DNA from: a virus
Taxonomy: Duplodnaviria > Caudoviricetes
IMG/VR virus record: IMGVR_UViG_3300027759_000043
DNA: 64,000 nt
Direction: 5' to 3' (one strand)
Within the stretch, counting starts at the first letter, position 1. Every line of letters begins with the position of its first letter. Shown here piece by piece: positions 28,391-39,178 of the stretch. The position numbers and the translations under genes are program-made. The notes under the pieces were generated by a model. That model searched no databases. It was not told the DNA's origin and was given only the letters and a program-made list of their open reading frames with translations.

Positions 28391-29055
28391 TAACTGTATT
28401 TCATGCTATCCAAAGTTTGGTGCCCGGCGCAGAAGTCAGCGTGGGCATATACAATCAAGAAATAGTTTGGCACAACCCTGAAGTCGCTCCGGTGACCATA
28501 GAGCAAATACAGGCAGAACAACAGCGTTTGCAACAGGCCTATGACTGGAATGAATATCAAAGAAATCGTGCTAGAGAATATCCTAGTATCCAGGAACAAT
28601 TGGATGCGCTATACCATGCTGGGGTATTTCCAGCAGAGATGGCCGCCAGAATACGGGCAGTAAAGCAAAAATACCCACGATATTCTCCGAACCATGCACA
28701 AACTGCAGAGCAGTCGGCGCCAACAATGTCAGTTGAGCAGTGGTTGGCAGAAGAAGCAACAACAAAGATGACTGCAGAACAGTGGTTAGCACAACAACAG
28801 TCAGTAACGCCAATGACACGAGAAGAATGGTTAGCATCGCAAGTTGAAGTCAAAACTGTGCCCATTGCAACACCAACAAATATGGTCACGGTCACTCGTA
28901 CCATGACCGCAGAAGAGTGGTTGAGAGAGCAAGCATCTTTGGAAAGTGTTCAAAAGATGACCAGAGAACAGTGGTTAGAACAGCAAAAAACCGCAGTACA
29001 ACCGCCGCAAATGACCCGAGAGCAGTGGTTAGCAGAGCAAACAAAAATAAAATAA
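28387..29055 (+). CDS. Tail fibre assembly chaperone-like protein with C-terminal M[TS]xE[QE]WL repeats
   Basis: ATGA overlap with the upstream stop; YQRNRAREYPSIQEQLDALYH motif; six repeats at 28726-29040. Confidence 0.75.
   Translation: MITVFHAIQSLVPGAEVSVGIYNQEIVWHNPEVAPVTIEQIQAEQQRLQQAYDWNEYQRNRAREYPSIQEQLDALYHAGVFPAEMAARIRAVKQKYPRYSPNHAQTAEQSAPTMSVEQWLAEEATTKMTAEQWLAQQQSVTPMTREEWLASQVEVKTVPIATPTNMVTVTRTMTAEEWLREQASLESVQKMTREQWLEQQKTAVQPPQMTREQWLAEQTKIK
28726..29040 (+). repeat. Six M[TS]xE[QE]WL peptide repeats
   Basis: ATG of units at 28726, 28768, 28813, 28903, 28957, 29011. Confidence 0.92.
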
Positions 29056-29123
29056 TTAACAAATGTGTCAAAGTAAAATTTTCAGTTTGACATAAGTAAC
29101 AGTATAGCAGGAGAAATTTTTAT

Positions 29124-32100
29124 ATGTCATTCCCAGTATCGCCCACAAATGGACAAGTAACCGTAGTAAACCAGGTATCATACCAGTATTCTAGTGCAAC
29201 CAATTCATGGACTAGAATCTTATCCACTGCCAACGTTATCACAGCCAACACCATTGCTGTAAATGGTGCGCTCACAGTTGGTACCACAATCAGTGCAACC
29301 GGGAACATAAGCACCACCGGGTACTACTTTGGTAATGGTTCACAGTTAACCGGTGTTGCGGCTGCCAGTGCTGGTTTTCCGATCTCGGCTGGAACTTCAA
29401 ATATTGCAGCCGCTGCCAATAGTAACATTGCTATTACAGTGGGTGGAACTGCCAACGTGGCTGTATTTGCCACCACAGGCGAATATATCACCGGCGTATT
29501 AAGTGCAAACGGTACTGTTACTGGTGGTAATTTAGCAACAGGTGGCACAGCAAGTGCAGGCGGTAACGTAACCGGTGCTAACTTGTTGACAGGTGGATTA
29601 GTAAGTGCAGGCGGTACAGTAACTGGTACAACCCTGATTGGTTCAGTTGTCACAGCAAGTGGCAATGTAACTGGCGGTAACATCAACACAGGTGGATTGA
29701 TCTCTGCCACAAGCACAATCACAAGTTCAGCCAATATAACAGGTGGTAACTTATTAACTGCTGGTCTAGTATCAGCGACCGGTAACGTAACCGGTAACTA
29801 TATTTTAGGTAATGGTGCTTTCTTAAGTGGAGTCATTACTAGCGTTGCTAACATCAACAATGGCACATCAAATGTCAGTATCTATGCAGCCAATGCCAAC
29901 GTGGCAGTCAGTGTTGATGGCACATCAAACGTGGCAGTGTTTGCCACCACAGGCGAATATATCACCGGCGTATTAAGTGTAAGTGGGAACACTACAGGTG
30001 GTAACCTATTGACAGGTGGCTTGATTTCAGCAACCGGTACTGTTACCGGTTCAACTTTGATCGGCTCTGTTGTCACAGCAAGTGGTAATGTAACTGGTGG
30101 TAACGTCTTGACTGGTGGTTTGATATCTGCTACTTCTAACATCACAGGTGGCAACTTGTTGACTGGTGGTTCAGTAAGTGCCACTGCCAACGTAACCGGT
30201 GGAAATGTATTAACAGGCGGATTAATATCAGCCACATCAACAATTACCAGTGCTGCCAACATCACGGGTGGCAACGTATTAACAGGTGGTTTGATATCTG
30301 CCACAGCCAACATAACTGGCGGTAATATCTTAACCGCTGGAGCAGTAAGTGCTACTGGCAACGGTACTTTTGGTAACATCAGCACCTCGGGTTCGGGTGG
30401 CAACATCTCTGGCGCCAATGTAATTTCTAGCACCACACTCAGTGCCACAGCCAACGTAATCAGTGGTAACGTGACCACTGGTGGATTGATCACTGCTACA
30501 GGTAATGTCACTGGTGGCAACATCTTGACTGCAGGTCAAATAAGTGCTCTTGGTAATATTACTGCCAACACAGGTTCGTTCTTTATTGGCAATGGTTCGC
30601 AACTAACAGGTGTTACTGCTACCAGTGCTGGATTCCCAATTACCAGCGGAACTTCAAACATTGCGGCCCCAGTAGCCAATGGTAACATTGCTATCACAGT
30701 GGGTGGTTCCGCCAACATAGGAGTCTTTACTCAATCGGGTCTAGACGTAATTGGAAACATCAGTGCTAACGGTAATGTAACTGGTGGAAATGTCTTAACA
30801 GGTGGATTAGTAAGTGCCACTGCTACTGTCACTGGTGGCAACTTGGCCACAGGTGGTTTTGCAAGTGCTACAGGTAATGTAACCGGTGGCAACTTGCTCA
30901 CAGCAGGACTAATATCTGCAACATCAACCATCACAAGTTCAGCCAATATTACTGGTGGTAATGTATTAACAGGTGGCTTGATATCGGCTACAAGTACTAT
31001 TACAAGTGGTGCCAATATCACTGGCGCTAACCTATTAACAGGTGGCTTGATATCTGCAACTGCCACGGTCACAGGTGGCAACTTGGCCACAGGCGGTTTT
31101 GCAAGTGCTACTGGTAATGTAACCGGTGGCAACGTTAACACTGGTGGATTAGTTTCGGCAACTGGTAACGTAACAGGTGGTAACATTGCAACCTCGGGCG
31201 TGGTAACTGCCGCAGGTAATGTGTTTGGTAACAACATCTTTGCCACAACATCTTTCAGCACAGCAGGCAATGTAATTGCCGCTAACGTTAATACCAGTGC
31301 TATTCGCCCAACAACCGGTGCGTTGACAGTTAGCACCGCAACAGGCGATATAAACTTAAATCCTGCTGGTAACATTGTGTTGGCAGTAGGCAATACCTAC
31401 ATCAACAACTTGGCCCAGCCGGTACAAAATCAAGATGCGGCAACCAAACTTTATGTTGATAACATTGCCACAACTGGTATCACTTTCCACGAACCAGTAT
31501 ATGCAGCCACAACAACCACATTGGCCACAACCACAGGTGGTACAATTACGTATGCTCAACCCAATGGTGCTGCCAATGGTATTGGTGCAACGCTGACAAC
31601 TACCACGTCGTTCAACTTGATTGACACAGCCAACGTTCAAACAGTAGGCACACGTATCCTGGTTAAGGACCAAGCCAACGCTGTGCAAAACGGTGTATAT
31701 GTTTGGTCAAATGCCACTGTAATTACTCGTTCCACAGACACTGACCAATATGGTGCAAACAGCGCAGAAGAAATCAGTATCAACGACTATTTCTTTACCA
31801 CAAATGGTAATGTTAATGCTGGTACTGCATTTATTGTTAATGCCCCTCCAGGAACCATTACATTTGGTACTAGTAACATTTCATTTGCTGTGTTCAGCCA
31901 GAGTCCAGTTTACTCAGCCAACACAGCAGCCGGTCTAAGTCTAACTGGCACAGTATTTTCAGCCAAGACAGATGGCATCACAACCGCATTTGATGGCGGT
32001 GGCAATATTATTGTCAAAGCAAGTGCTAATCTTACAACACCAAACATTGGTGCGGCAACCGGTACAAGTCTAAGCACAACCGGCAACGTTGATGCAGGTA

Positions 32101-35100
32101 ATTTTAACACTGGTGGCCTGGTAAGTTCTACCGGCAATGTAATAGGTGGCAACATCACAACAGGCGGTGTGATCACAGCAACTGGTAACATCACAAGTAG
32201 TGCTAATATTGCCGGTGGCAACTTGCTCACAGGTGGATTGATTAGTTCCACTGGTACTGTCACTGGTTCTACATTGATTGGTTCAGTTGTCACAGCAAGT
32301 GGTAACGTAACTGGTGGCAATTTGTTGACAGGTGGATTAATATCTGCAACGTCAACAATCACAAGTTCAGCCAACATCACTGGCGGTAACATCTTAACAG
32401 GTGGATTGATTAGTTCAACTGGTACAATCACTAGTGCGGCGAACGTCAACGGCAACAATGTAATTGCTACTACTATTGTCAACGCACCAAGTTTAACCGG
32501 TACTATTGCATCATTGAGTGGTAACGTAACTGGTGGCAATGTTTTAACTGGTGGTTTGATCTCTGCTACTTCTGATATTACCGGTGGAAACTTGTTGACA
32601 GGTGGCATAGTATCTGCAACAGCCAATATTCTTGGTGGCAACATTTTAACTGCTGGTCAAATAAGTGCAGTTGGTAATATTACCGCTAACACAGGCTCAT
32701 TCTTTATTGGTAACGGCTCGCAACTAACAGGTGTTACTGCTACCTCAGCAGGCTTCCCAATCACAGCAGGAACTTCAAACATTGCAGGTGCCACTAACGG
32801 TAATATTGGTATCACCATAGGTGGTGCAAGTAATGTGGGACTTTTCACTGGTGCAGGTCTACTGGTAACTGGTTTAATCAGTGCAAACGGCAACGTAACT
32901 GGTGGTAACGTAAACACAGGCGGTGCAGTCTCGGCAACTGCCAATATCACAGGCGGTAACGTACTGACTGGTGGATTAATTAGTGCTACTGCCAACGTTG
33001 TTGGTGGTAACTTGATAACTGGTGGGTTGATCTCTGCTACATCAACAATCACTAGTGCTGCCAACATCACTGGTGGTAATGTGCTAACTGCAGGACTAGT
33101 GTCAGCAACTGGTAATGTGACTGGTAACTACATCTTGGGTAATGGTGCATTCCTAAGTGGAGTTATTACATCAGTAGCCAATATCAACAATGGTACATCA
33201 AACGTTAGTATCTATGCGGCCAATGCCAACGTGGCAGTCAGTGTTGGTGGAACATCAAACGTAGCCGTATTTGCCACTACTGGTGAATACATTAATGGAC
33301 TGTTGAGTGTGAGTGGTAATGTAACAGGCGGCAATGTGTTGACAGGTGGCTTAATCAGTTCAACTGGAACTATTACCAGCGCAGCCAATATTGCCGGTGG
33401 CAACTTGTTGACAGGTGGATTGATCAGTTCAACTGGTACAGTCACTGGTTCAAGTTTCCTGGGCAGTGTGGTCAGTGTAAGCGGTAACGTAACTGGTGGT
33501 AACATTACCACAACTGGTTTGATCAGTACCTCAGGTAACATTGCTGGTGGTAACATACTCACCAACAACTATTTTTATGCCAACGGAACTCCAGTTCCTC
33601 CTGGCATAATATACACAGCCAATACAGCACCTCCTACAACTCCAAATCCTAAAGTGACCGACCAGTGGTATAACACTTCAACGGATGTGTTGTACGAGTA
33701 CCTTTATGATGGCACAAGTAATTACTGGGTCGATGTATCCAGCCCTGCATTTGCTGGCGGAGTGGTTGCCAACGTGGCAATTTCCGGTAGCCTGTTGGTC
33801 AATGCCAATGCCACATACGACATTGGTAGTTCAAGTCAATCATTTGCCAATGTGTATGCTGTGAACTACTATGGTAACGGTGCTTCACTTAGCGGCATTA
33901 TTACAAGTGTAAGCAACATCAACAACGGCACATCAAACGTTACAGTGAATGGGTCTGGTGGTAACGTCACAACCTCAGTGGGTGGCACATCAAATGTGAT
34001 GGTGGTCACACCAACTTTGGTCTCGATCACAGGTGACTTGAGTGTGTCAGGCAATGCCACACTGAGTGGTAACATCCTGGGCGATCGCATACAGAATGGC
34101 ACAACACAGATTGACATTCAGTCACCAAACGGCAATGCCAATATCACAATTGCTGGCACAAGTAACACTGCTGTGTTTAGTACAACTGCATTGACTTTGG
34201 CAACTAACTTCTTGCCAAGTGCCAACATCACTTATGATTTAGGTTCAACATCACAGCGTTGGAAAGACTTGTGGTTGAGCAACAGCACAATTTATTTGGG
34301 CAACGCTCAAATCAGTGCCAACGCCACAGCAATTGTGCTGACCAACCCAGCAGGTGGAACCACAGTATTAGCCGGTGCAACCGCAACATCCAGCGTGGCT
34401 GGTAACGTTACAGGTGGCAACATCTTGACAGGTGGATTGATATCAGCAACTGGCAATATTACTGGTGGTAATTTGTCAGGTACTAATATTGTTGGTACGC
34501 TAACTACTGCCGCACAAACTAATATTACAAGTGTTGGTACTTTGGGTTCATTGGCTGTGACAGCCAACGTAACTGGTGGCAATATCTTGACAGGTGGACT
34601 AATCAGTTCTACTGGTACAATCACTGGTACAAGTCATTTAGGTAGTGTAGTTTCTGTAACAGCCAACGTAACCGGTGGCAATTTGTTGACAGGTGGACTA
34701 ATATCAGCAACCGGTAACGTAAACGTAGGCAACTTGATCAATGCAGGTCTTACAAGTGTTACTGGTAATATCACCGGTGGCAACTTGTTGACAGGTGGAT
34801 TGATATCAGCAACTGGCGCAATACAGGTCGGTGGAGACATAAGCCTAGTAGGTAACATCGTTGATACTGGCGCATTGACTGTTAGTACTTCGAGCAATGG
34901 CAACATTACTTTAAGTCCAAATGGTACAGGTGTAATTATTGTTAACAAAGACATAGTTAACGGTCAAGGCAACGCCGTTGGTAACATCGGTAGTTCCAGC
35001 GTTTACTTCAACAGATTGTTTGCTCAAGCAACCACAGCACTCTACGCTGACTTGGCAGAGAACTACGTAGGCGATGCTGACTACGCTTCTGGTACTGTTT

Positions 35101-35423
35101 TAGATTTTGGTGGCACACAAGAAGTTACTATAAGTACTGTAGATTCCAGCAAGCGGGTTGCTGGTGTGGTTTCAACAAATCCGGCTCACTTGATGAACGC
35201 AGGAGTCGTTGGTGAACATGTGGTCACAGTGGCATTGATTGGTCGTGTACCAGTCAGTGTAACAGGCACAGTACGCAAAGGTGACTTGATGGTCAGTGCT
35301 GGAGACGGCACCGCCAGAGCAGTTACAATTACAAGTCCAAAAGTAGGTACTATAATTGGTAAATCACTAGAAGACTTCGACGGCGACAAAGGCACAATTG
35401 AAATCGTGATTGGCAAGCATTAA
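29124..35423 (+). CDS. Giant tail fibre (2099 aa) with C-terminal intramolecular-chaperone (peptidase G2-like) domain
   Basis: Dozens of GN[IV]TGGN[LIV]LTGGLISA repeats; C-terminal ALYADLAENY...VAGVVSTNPA...GRVPV...IGKSLE. Confidence 0.85.
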   Translation: MSFPVSPTNGQVTVVNQVSYQYSSATNSWTRILSTANVITANTIAVNGALTVGTTISATGNISTTGYYFGNGSQLTGVAAASAGFPISAGTSNIAAAANSNIAITVGGTANVAVFATTGEYITGVLSANGTVTGGNLATGGTASAGGNVTGANLLTGGLVSAGGTVTGTTLIGSVVTASGNVTGGNINTGGLISATSTITSSANITGGNLLTAGLVSATGNVTGNYILGNGAFLSGVITSVANINNGTSNVSIYAANANVAVSVDGTSNVAVFATTGEYITGVLSVSGNTTGGNLLTGGLISATGTVTGSTLIGSVVTASGNVTGGNVLTGGLISATSNITGGNLLTGGSVSATANVTGGNVLTGGLISATSTITSAANITGGNVLTGGLISATANITGGNILTAGAVSATGNGTFGNISTSGSGGNISGANVISSTTLSATANVISGNVTTGGLITATGNVTGGNILTAGQISALGNITANTGSFFIGNGSQLTGVTATSAGFPITSGTSNIAAPVANGNIAITVGGSANIGVFTQSGLDVIGNISANGNVTGGNVLTGGLVSATATVTGGNLATGGFASATGNVTGGNLLTAGLISATSTITSSANITGGNVLTGGLISATSTITSGANITGANLLTGGLISATATVTGGNLATGGFASATGNVTGGNVNTGGLVSATGNVTGGNIATSGVVTAAGNVFGNNIFATTSFSTAGNVIAANVNTSAIRPTTGALTVSTATGDINLNPAGNIVLAVGNTYINNLAQPVQNQDAATKLYVDNIATTGITFHEPVYAATTTTLATTTGGTITYAQPNGAANGIGATLTTTTSFNLIDTANVQTVGTRILVKDQANAVQNGVYVWSNATVITRSTDTDQYGANSAEEISINDYFFTTNGNVNAGTAFIVNAPPGTITFGTSNISFAVFSQSPVYSANTAAGLSLTGTVFSAKTDGITTAFDGGGNIIVKASANLTTPNIGAATGTSLSTTGNVDAGNFNTGGLVSSTGNVIGGNITTGGVITATGNITSSANIAGGNLLTGGLISSTGTVTGSTLIGSVVTASGNVTGGNLLTGGLISATSTITSSANITGGNILTGGLISSTGTITSAANVNGNNVIATTIVNAPSLTGTIASLSGNVTGGNVLTGGLISATSDITGGNLLTGGIVSATANILGGNILTAGQISAVGNITANTGSFFIGNGSQLTGVTATSAGFPITAGTSNIAGATNGNIGITIGGASNVGLFTGAGLLVTGLISANGNVTGGNVNTGGAVSATANITGGNVLTGGLISATANVVGGNLITGGLISATSTITSAANITGGNVLTAGLVSATGNVTGNYILGNGAFLSGVITSVANINNGTSNVSIYAANANVAVSVGGTSNVAVFATTGEYINGLLSVSGNVTGGNVLTGGLISSTGTITSAANIAGGNLLTGGLISSTGTVTGSSFLGSVVSVSGNVTGGNITTTGLISTSGNIAGGNILTNNYFYANGTPVPPGIIYTANTAPPTTPNPKVTDQWYNTSTDVLYEYLYDGTSNYWVDVSSPAFAGGVVANVAISGSLLVNANATYDIGSSSQSFANVYAVNYYGNGASLSGIITSVSNINNGTSNVTVNGSGGNVTTSVGGTSNVMVVTPTLVSITGDLSVSGNATLSGNILGDRIQNGTTQIDIQSPNGNANITIAGTSNTAVFSTTALTLATNFLPSANITYDLGSTSQRWKDLWLSNSTIYLGNAQISANATAIVLTNPAGGTTVLAGATATSSVAGNVTGGNILTGGLISATGNITGGNLSGTNIVGTLTTAAQTNITSVGTLGSLAVTANVTGGNILTGGLISSTGTITGTSHLGSVVSVTANVTGGNLLTGGLISATGNVNVGNLINAGLTSVTGNITGGNLLTGGLISATGAIQVGGDISLVGNIVDTGALTVSTSSNGNITLSPNGTGVIIVNKDIVNGQGNAVGNIGSSSVYFNRLFAQATTALYADLAENYVGDADYASGTVLDFGGTQEVTISTVDSSKRVAGVVSTNPAHLMNAGVVGEHVVTVALIGRVPVSVTGTVRKGDLMVSAGDGTARAVTITSPKVGTIIGKSLEDFDGDKGTIEIVIGKH

Positions 35424-35434
35424 AAGGATAGCGA

Positions 35435-37597
35435 ATGGCCTTTCCAACGTCGCCGACGAACGGGCAAACGGTAGTTGTTAACAACGTTTCGTATCAGTAC
35501 TCGAACGTTAGCAACTCCTGGACCCGCATCCTCTCAACGGCCAACATCATCACGGCCAATACTGTTGTTTCTAATGGCTATATCAGTGCGGCCGGCAACA
35601 TCCTAACAGGCAATTACTTTATTGGTAACGGTGCGTTACTCACAGGTATTTCTACAAATCCTGCGGCCATAACCAATGGTACAAGTAATGTAAGTGTAGT
35701 AAGTTCAGGCGGCAACGTTAGTGTTGGCATTGGTGGCACGGGCAATGTGGCTGTGTTTGCCACAACAGGTGAATATGTTACTGGTATCGTAAGTGCCAGC
35801 GGTAACATTATATCGGCAGGCAATGTCACTGGTGGGAATTTATTAACTGCTGGATTGGTTAGTGTTACTGGCACGCTCAGTGTAAGTGGAGCAACCACAC
35901 TTGCTAATCTCAGCGCAGGTAATATTTCAGCAGGTGGCATAAGTTCTGGCGGAGCAGTTAGTGCCGCTGGCAACATCACAGGTGGTAATTTATCAGGTAC
36001 TAATATTGCGGGTACACTGATCACAGCCGCTCAAACTAATATCACAAGCGTTGGCACATTAGGCTCATTGGCTGTTACTGCTAACGTTACAGGTGGCAAC
36101 TTGTTGACAGGTGGACTAATCAGTGCTACATCAACTATCACTGGATCACAATTTAATGGATCAGGTGCTGGATTAACCAGTATACCGGGCGCCAACGTCA
36201 CAGGCACATTGAGCATTCCAACAACAAGTTATGCTGCCACAGTATCAGGTAACGCACAAGCAAACATTACCTCGGTTGGCACACTAACATCATTGGCGGT
36301 GACTGCCAACGTTACAGGTGGTAATTTGTTGACTGGTGGGTTGATCACAGCAACCGGTAACGTAACCGGTGGTAACTTGTTGACAGGTGGATTGGTTAGT
36401 GCCACTGCTAACATTATAGCCAATAATGGTATGTTCACTAACATTGTTAACGTGGCAAGTCATACAGGTGCTGTGGTCAGTGTTAGTGGTAATGTAACTG
36501 CCGGTAACATATTAACAGGCGGATTGATATCCGCTACAGGTAATATCACAGGTGGAAATATAACTATTCCAGGGTCGGCCAACATATCTACCTTTATAGG
36601 TAATGTTTTCTTTGGCTCTATCCCGGCACAGCCAACATGGTATACTATTGCCCCATTAAATCTTAACAACAGTTTGGCAGCGGCAACAAAAGTTCAGTTA
36701 AATCTAATTAACACAGGTGGCGGCGCAGGCGCTGGGTCAGCAATTGATTTCTACACTTATCAAATTTCAGTTGCCGCGGCCAACGCAGAAGCCAGAATAG
36801 CCGGAATTGATGATGGTAACTATTCAGCCTATCTCAGTCTTCAAACAAAAACTCCCGGTAGTGTCGGCACTAATGGACTGGTTGAACGAGTAAAAATTGA
36901 TTCAACTGGTGCATCAGTAGTTGCCAACATAACCGGTGGCAACATCTTGACCGGTGGGCTAATAAGTGCCGCTAGTACCATAACTGGCACAAGTCACTTG
37001 GGTACAGTAGTATCTGTTACAGCAAATATAACTGGTGGCAACATACTGACAGCAGGATTGATATCTGCTACATCAACAATTACCTCAGCAGCCAACATTA
37101 CTGGTGGTAATTTGCTCACAGCAGGTATACTCACAGCCACTGGCAACGTAATTTCAGTTGCCAACATAATTGGTGGTAATATTACCACAGCAGGCCTAGT
37201 TACAGCAACGGGTAATATCACTGGTGGTAACTTACTCACAGTTGGACAAATTTCAGCAACCGGCAATATCACTGGTAATTATTACATTGGTAACGGTGCG
37301 TTTTTAACTGGGCTTAATGCAGGTGCTGCCAGCCAAATTGCCAACGGTGCCACAACTATCAGCATACCGCAGGCTTCGGGCAACATTGCCATGAACGTGG
37401 CAGGTGCGTCAAATACTGTGGTTATTAACCTGGGCAGTTTGACCATGTACGGTACATTTGCAGGGCCAAAAACACTGAGTGCTAATGTAGCAGTGGCAGA
37501 TTCTGTAAATGCCCTGTTGCTGGGCCCAGTCACATTAGGGAATGGGTTTAATATTTCAGTACCCGACTCATCAACGCTATATGTTTACGCACCATAA
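35435..37597 (+). CDS. Tail fibre-like protein (720 aa)
   Basis: N-terminal MAFPTSPTNGQ module paralogous to 29124; same repeats; C-terminal ALLLGPVTLGNGFNISVP cap. Confidence 0.8.
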   Translation: MAFPTSPTNGQTVVVNNVSYQYSNVSNSWTRILSTANIITANTVVSNGYISAAGNILTGNYFIGNGALLTGISTNPAAITNGTSNVSVVSSGGNVSVGIGGTGNVAVFATTGEYVTGIVSASGNIISAGNVTGGNLLTAGLVSVTGTLSVSGATTLANLSAGNISAGGISSGGAVSAAGNITGGNLSGTNIAGTLITAAQTNITSVGTLGSLAVTANVTGGNLLTGGLISATSTITGSQFNGSGAGLTSIPGANVTGTLSIPTTSYAATVSGNAQANITSVGTLTSLAVTANVTGGNLLTGGLITATGNVTGGNLLTGGLVSATANIIANNGMFTNIVNVASHTGAVVSVSGNVTAGNILTGGLISATGNITGGNITIPGSANISTFIGNVFFGSIPAQPTWYTIAPLNLNNSLAAATKVQLNLINTGGGAGAGSAIDFYTYQISVAAANAEARIAGIDDGNYSAYLSLQTKTPGSVGTNGLVERVKIDSTGASVVANITGGNILTGGLISAASTITGTSHLGTVVSVTANITGGNILTAGLISATSTITSAANITGGNLLTAGILTATGNVISVANIIGGNITTAGLVTATGNITGGNLLTVGQISATGNITGNYYIGNGAFLTGLNAGAASQIANGATTISIPQASGNIAMNVAGASNTVVINLGSLTMYGTFAGPKTLSANVAVADSVNALLLGPVTLGNGFNISVPDSSTLYVYAP

Positions 37598-37618
37598 ATA
37601 CAATCGAGGACAGGTTTC

Positions 37619-39178
37619 ATGGCATTATCACTAGACGGTACAACAGGAATATCAGCAACAGGCAATATCATATCCAGTGGGGGTATTATCTCTGCCACTG
37701 GCAATATCTATGGCGGAAACATTATTGGTACACTAGTTGTTTCTAGTGCTACATTTTCAGGCAACGTCTCAGCAGGTAATCTGCTAACTGGTGGGTTGAT
37801 TAGTTCCACAGGTACAATTACTGGCACAAGCCATTTGGGTTCAGTGGTATCTGTAACAGCCAACGTTACAGGTGGTAACATCTTGACTGGTGGATTGATA
37901 TCTGCAGCCGCCAACGTAACTGCCCCTTATTTTATCGGTAATGGTGCCGCATTAAGTGGACTCAGCGCCAGCAAAATATTTAACGGCACAAGTGAAGCCA
38001 ATATTGGCACAAGTGGCGGTAACGCCAACATCACAATTGGTGGTACATCAAATGTGTTTGTTGTAGCATCAACTGGAATCTATACAACTGGTTTATCCAG
38101 TGTAAGTGGCAACATAACTAGTGCTAACTTCTTAACAGGTGGATTGATCAGTGCAACTGGCAACGTTACAGGTGGTAATTTGTCAGGTACTAACATTGTT
38201 GGTACGCTAACCACAGTCGCACAAACCAACATTACATCAGTTGGTACTTTGGGTTCATTGGCTGTAACAGCCAACGTTACAGGTGGTAATTTGTTGACAG
38301 GTGGATTAATTAGTGCTACTAGTACAATCACTGGTACAAGTCATCTAGGCTCAGTGGTTTCTGTTACTGCCAACGTTACAGGTGGTAATTTGTTGACAGG
38401 TGGCCTGATTAGTGCCGCAGGCGCTCTCATAACAGGTGGCGACCATAGTTTAACCGGCAACATTGTTGACACCGGCACATTGTGGATTAACACCACTTCT
38501 AACGGTAACATCAACTTGAACCCTAACGGCTCAGGACAAACCAATATACCGGTTGGTATACTCAGTGTCACTGCCAACGTAATTGGTGGTAACATTCTAA
38601 CTGCTGGACTAATGAGTTCAACAGGCAATGCTGTTCATTCAAACGTGATCATTAATGGCACAGCCGCCTTAGGTAGCGGTGTGTTAATCGTTTCAGGCAA
38701 CATTCAAACCAGTACTGCCAACGCCACAGCCAACATTGGCAACGCCAGCAACTATTTCAACAGATTGTTTGCTCAAGCAACCACAGCACTCTATGCTGAC
38801 TTGGCCGAAGTTTATAAAGCCGATGCGCAATATCCTCCAGGTACTGTAGTAGTATTTGGTGGCACACAAGAAGTCACCATGAGCACGGTGACTCATGACA
38901 ACAAAATTGCCGGGGTAGTATCTACACACCCAGCACACGTGATGAATTCAGGACTGCAATCAGAATTTACAGTGGAAGTTGGCTTGATTGGCCGTGTGCC
39001 ATGTCGGGTGATTGGTCCAATCACAGCAGGTGATCGTGTGGTATCTAGCAACCGTGCTGGTGTTGCTGAACGCTTAGATATGAGCAAATATCAACCAGGT
39101 GTGATCATTGGCAAAGCACTAGAAAGTTACTCCAGTACCGATATTGGTACAATTGAAGTTGTGGTTGGCAGACTATAA
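37619..39178 (+). CDS. Tail fibre-like protein (519 aa) with C-terminal peptidase G2-like domain
   Basis: Same repeats; ALYADLAEVY...IAGVVSTHPA...GRVPC...IGKALE. Confidence 0.82.
   Translation: MALSLDGTTGISATGNIISSGGIISATGNIYGGNIIGTLVVSSATFSGNVSAGNLLTGGLISSTGTITGTSHLGSVVSVTANVTGGNILTGGLISAAANVTAPYFIGNGAALSGLSASKIFNGTSEANIGTSGGNANITIGGTSNVFVVASTGIYTTGLSSVSGNITSANFLTGGLISATGNVTGGNLSGTNIVGTLTTVAQTNITSVGTLGSLAVTANVTGGNLLTGGLISATSTITGTSHLGSVVSVTANVTGGNLLTGGLISAAGALITGGDHSLTGNIVDTGTLWINTTSNGNINLNPNGSGQTNIPVGILSVTANVIGGNILTAGLMSSTGNAVHSNVIINGTAALGSGVLIVSGNIQTSTANATANIGNASNYFNRLFAQATTALYADLAEVYKADAQYPPGTVVVFGGTQEVTMSTVTHDNKIAGVVSTHPAHVMNSGLQSEFTVEVGLIGRVPCRVIGPITAGDRVVSSNRAGVAERLDMSKYQPGVIIGKALESYSSTDIGTIEVVVGRL

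Noticed and set aside
19995-39087. Numerous minus-strand ORFs rich in Pro/Val/Leu/Thr across the fibre locus
   Set aside because: Antisense shadows of the repetitive GGT/AAC/ACT codons of the plus-strand genes; no independent starts or promoters
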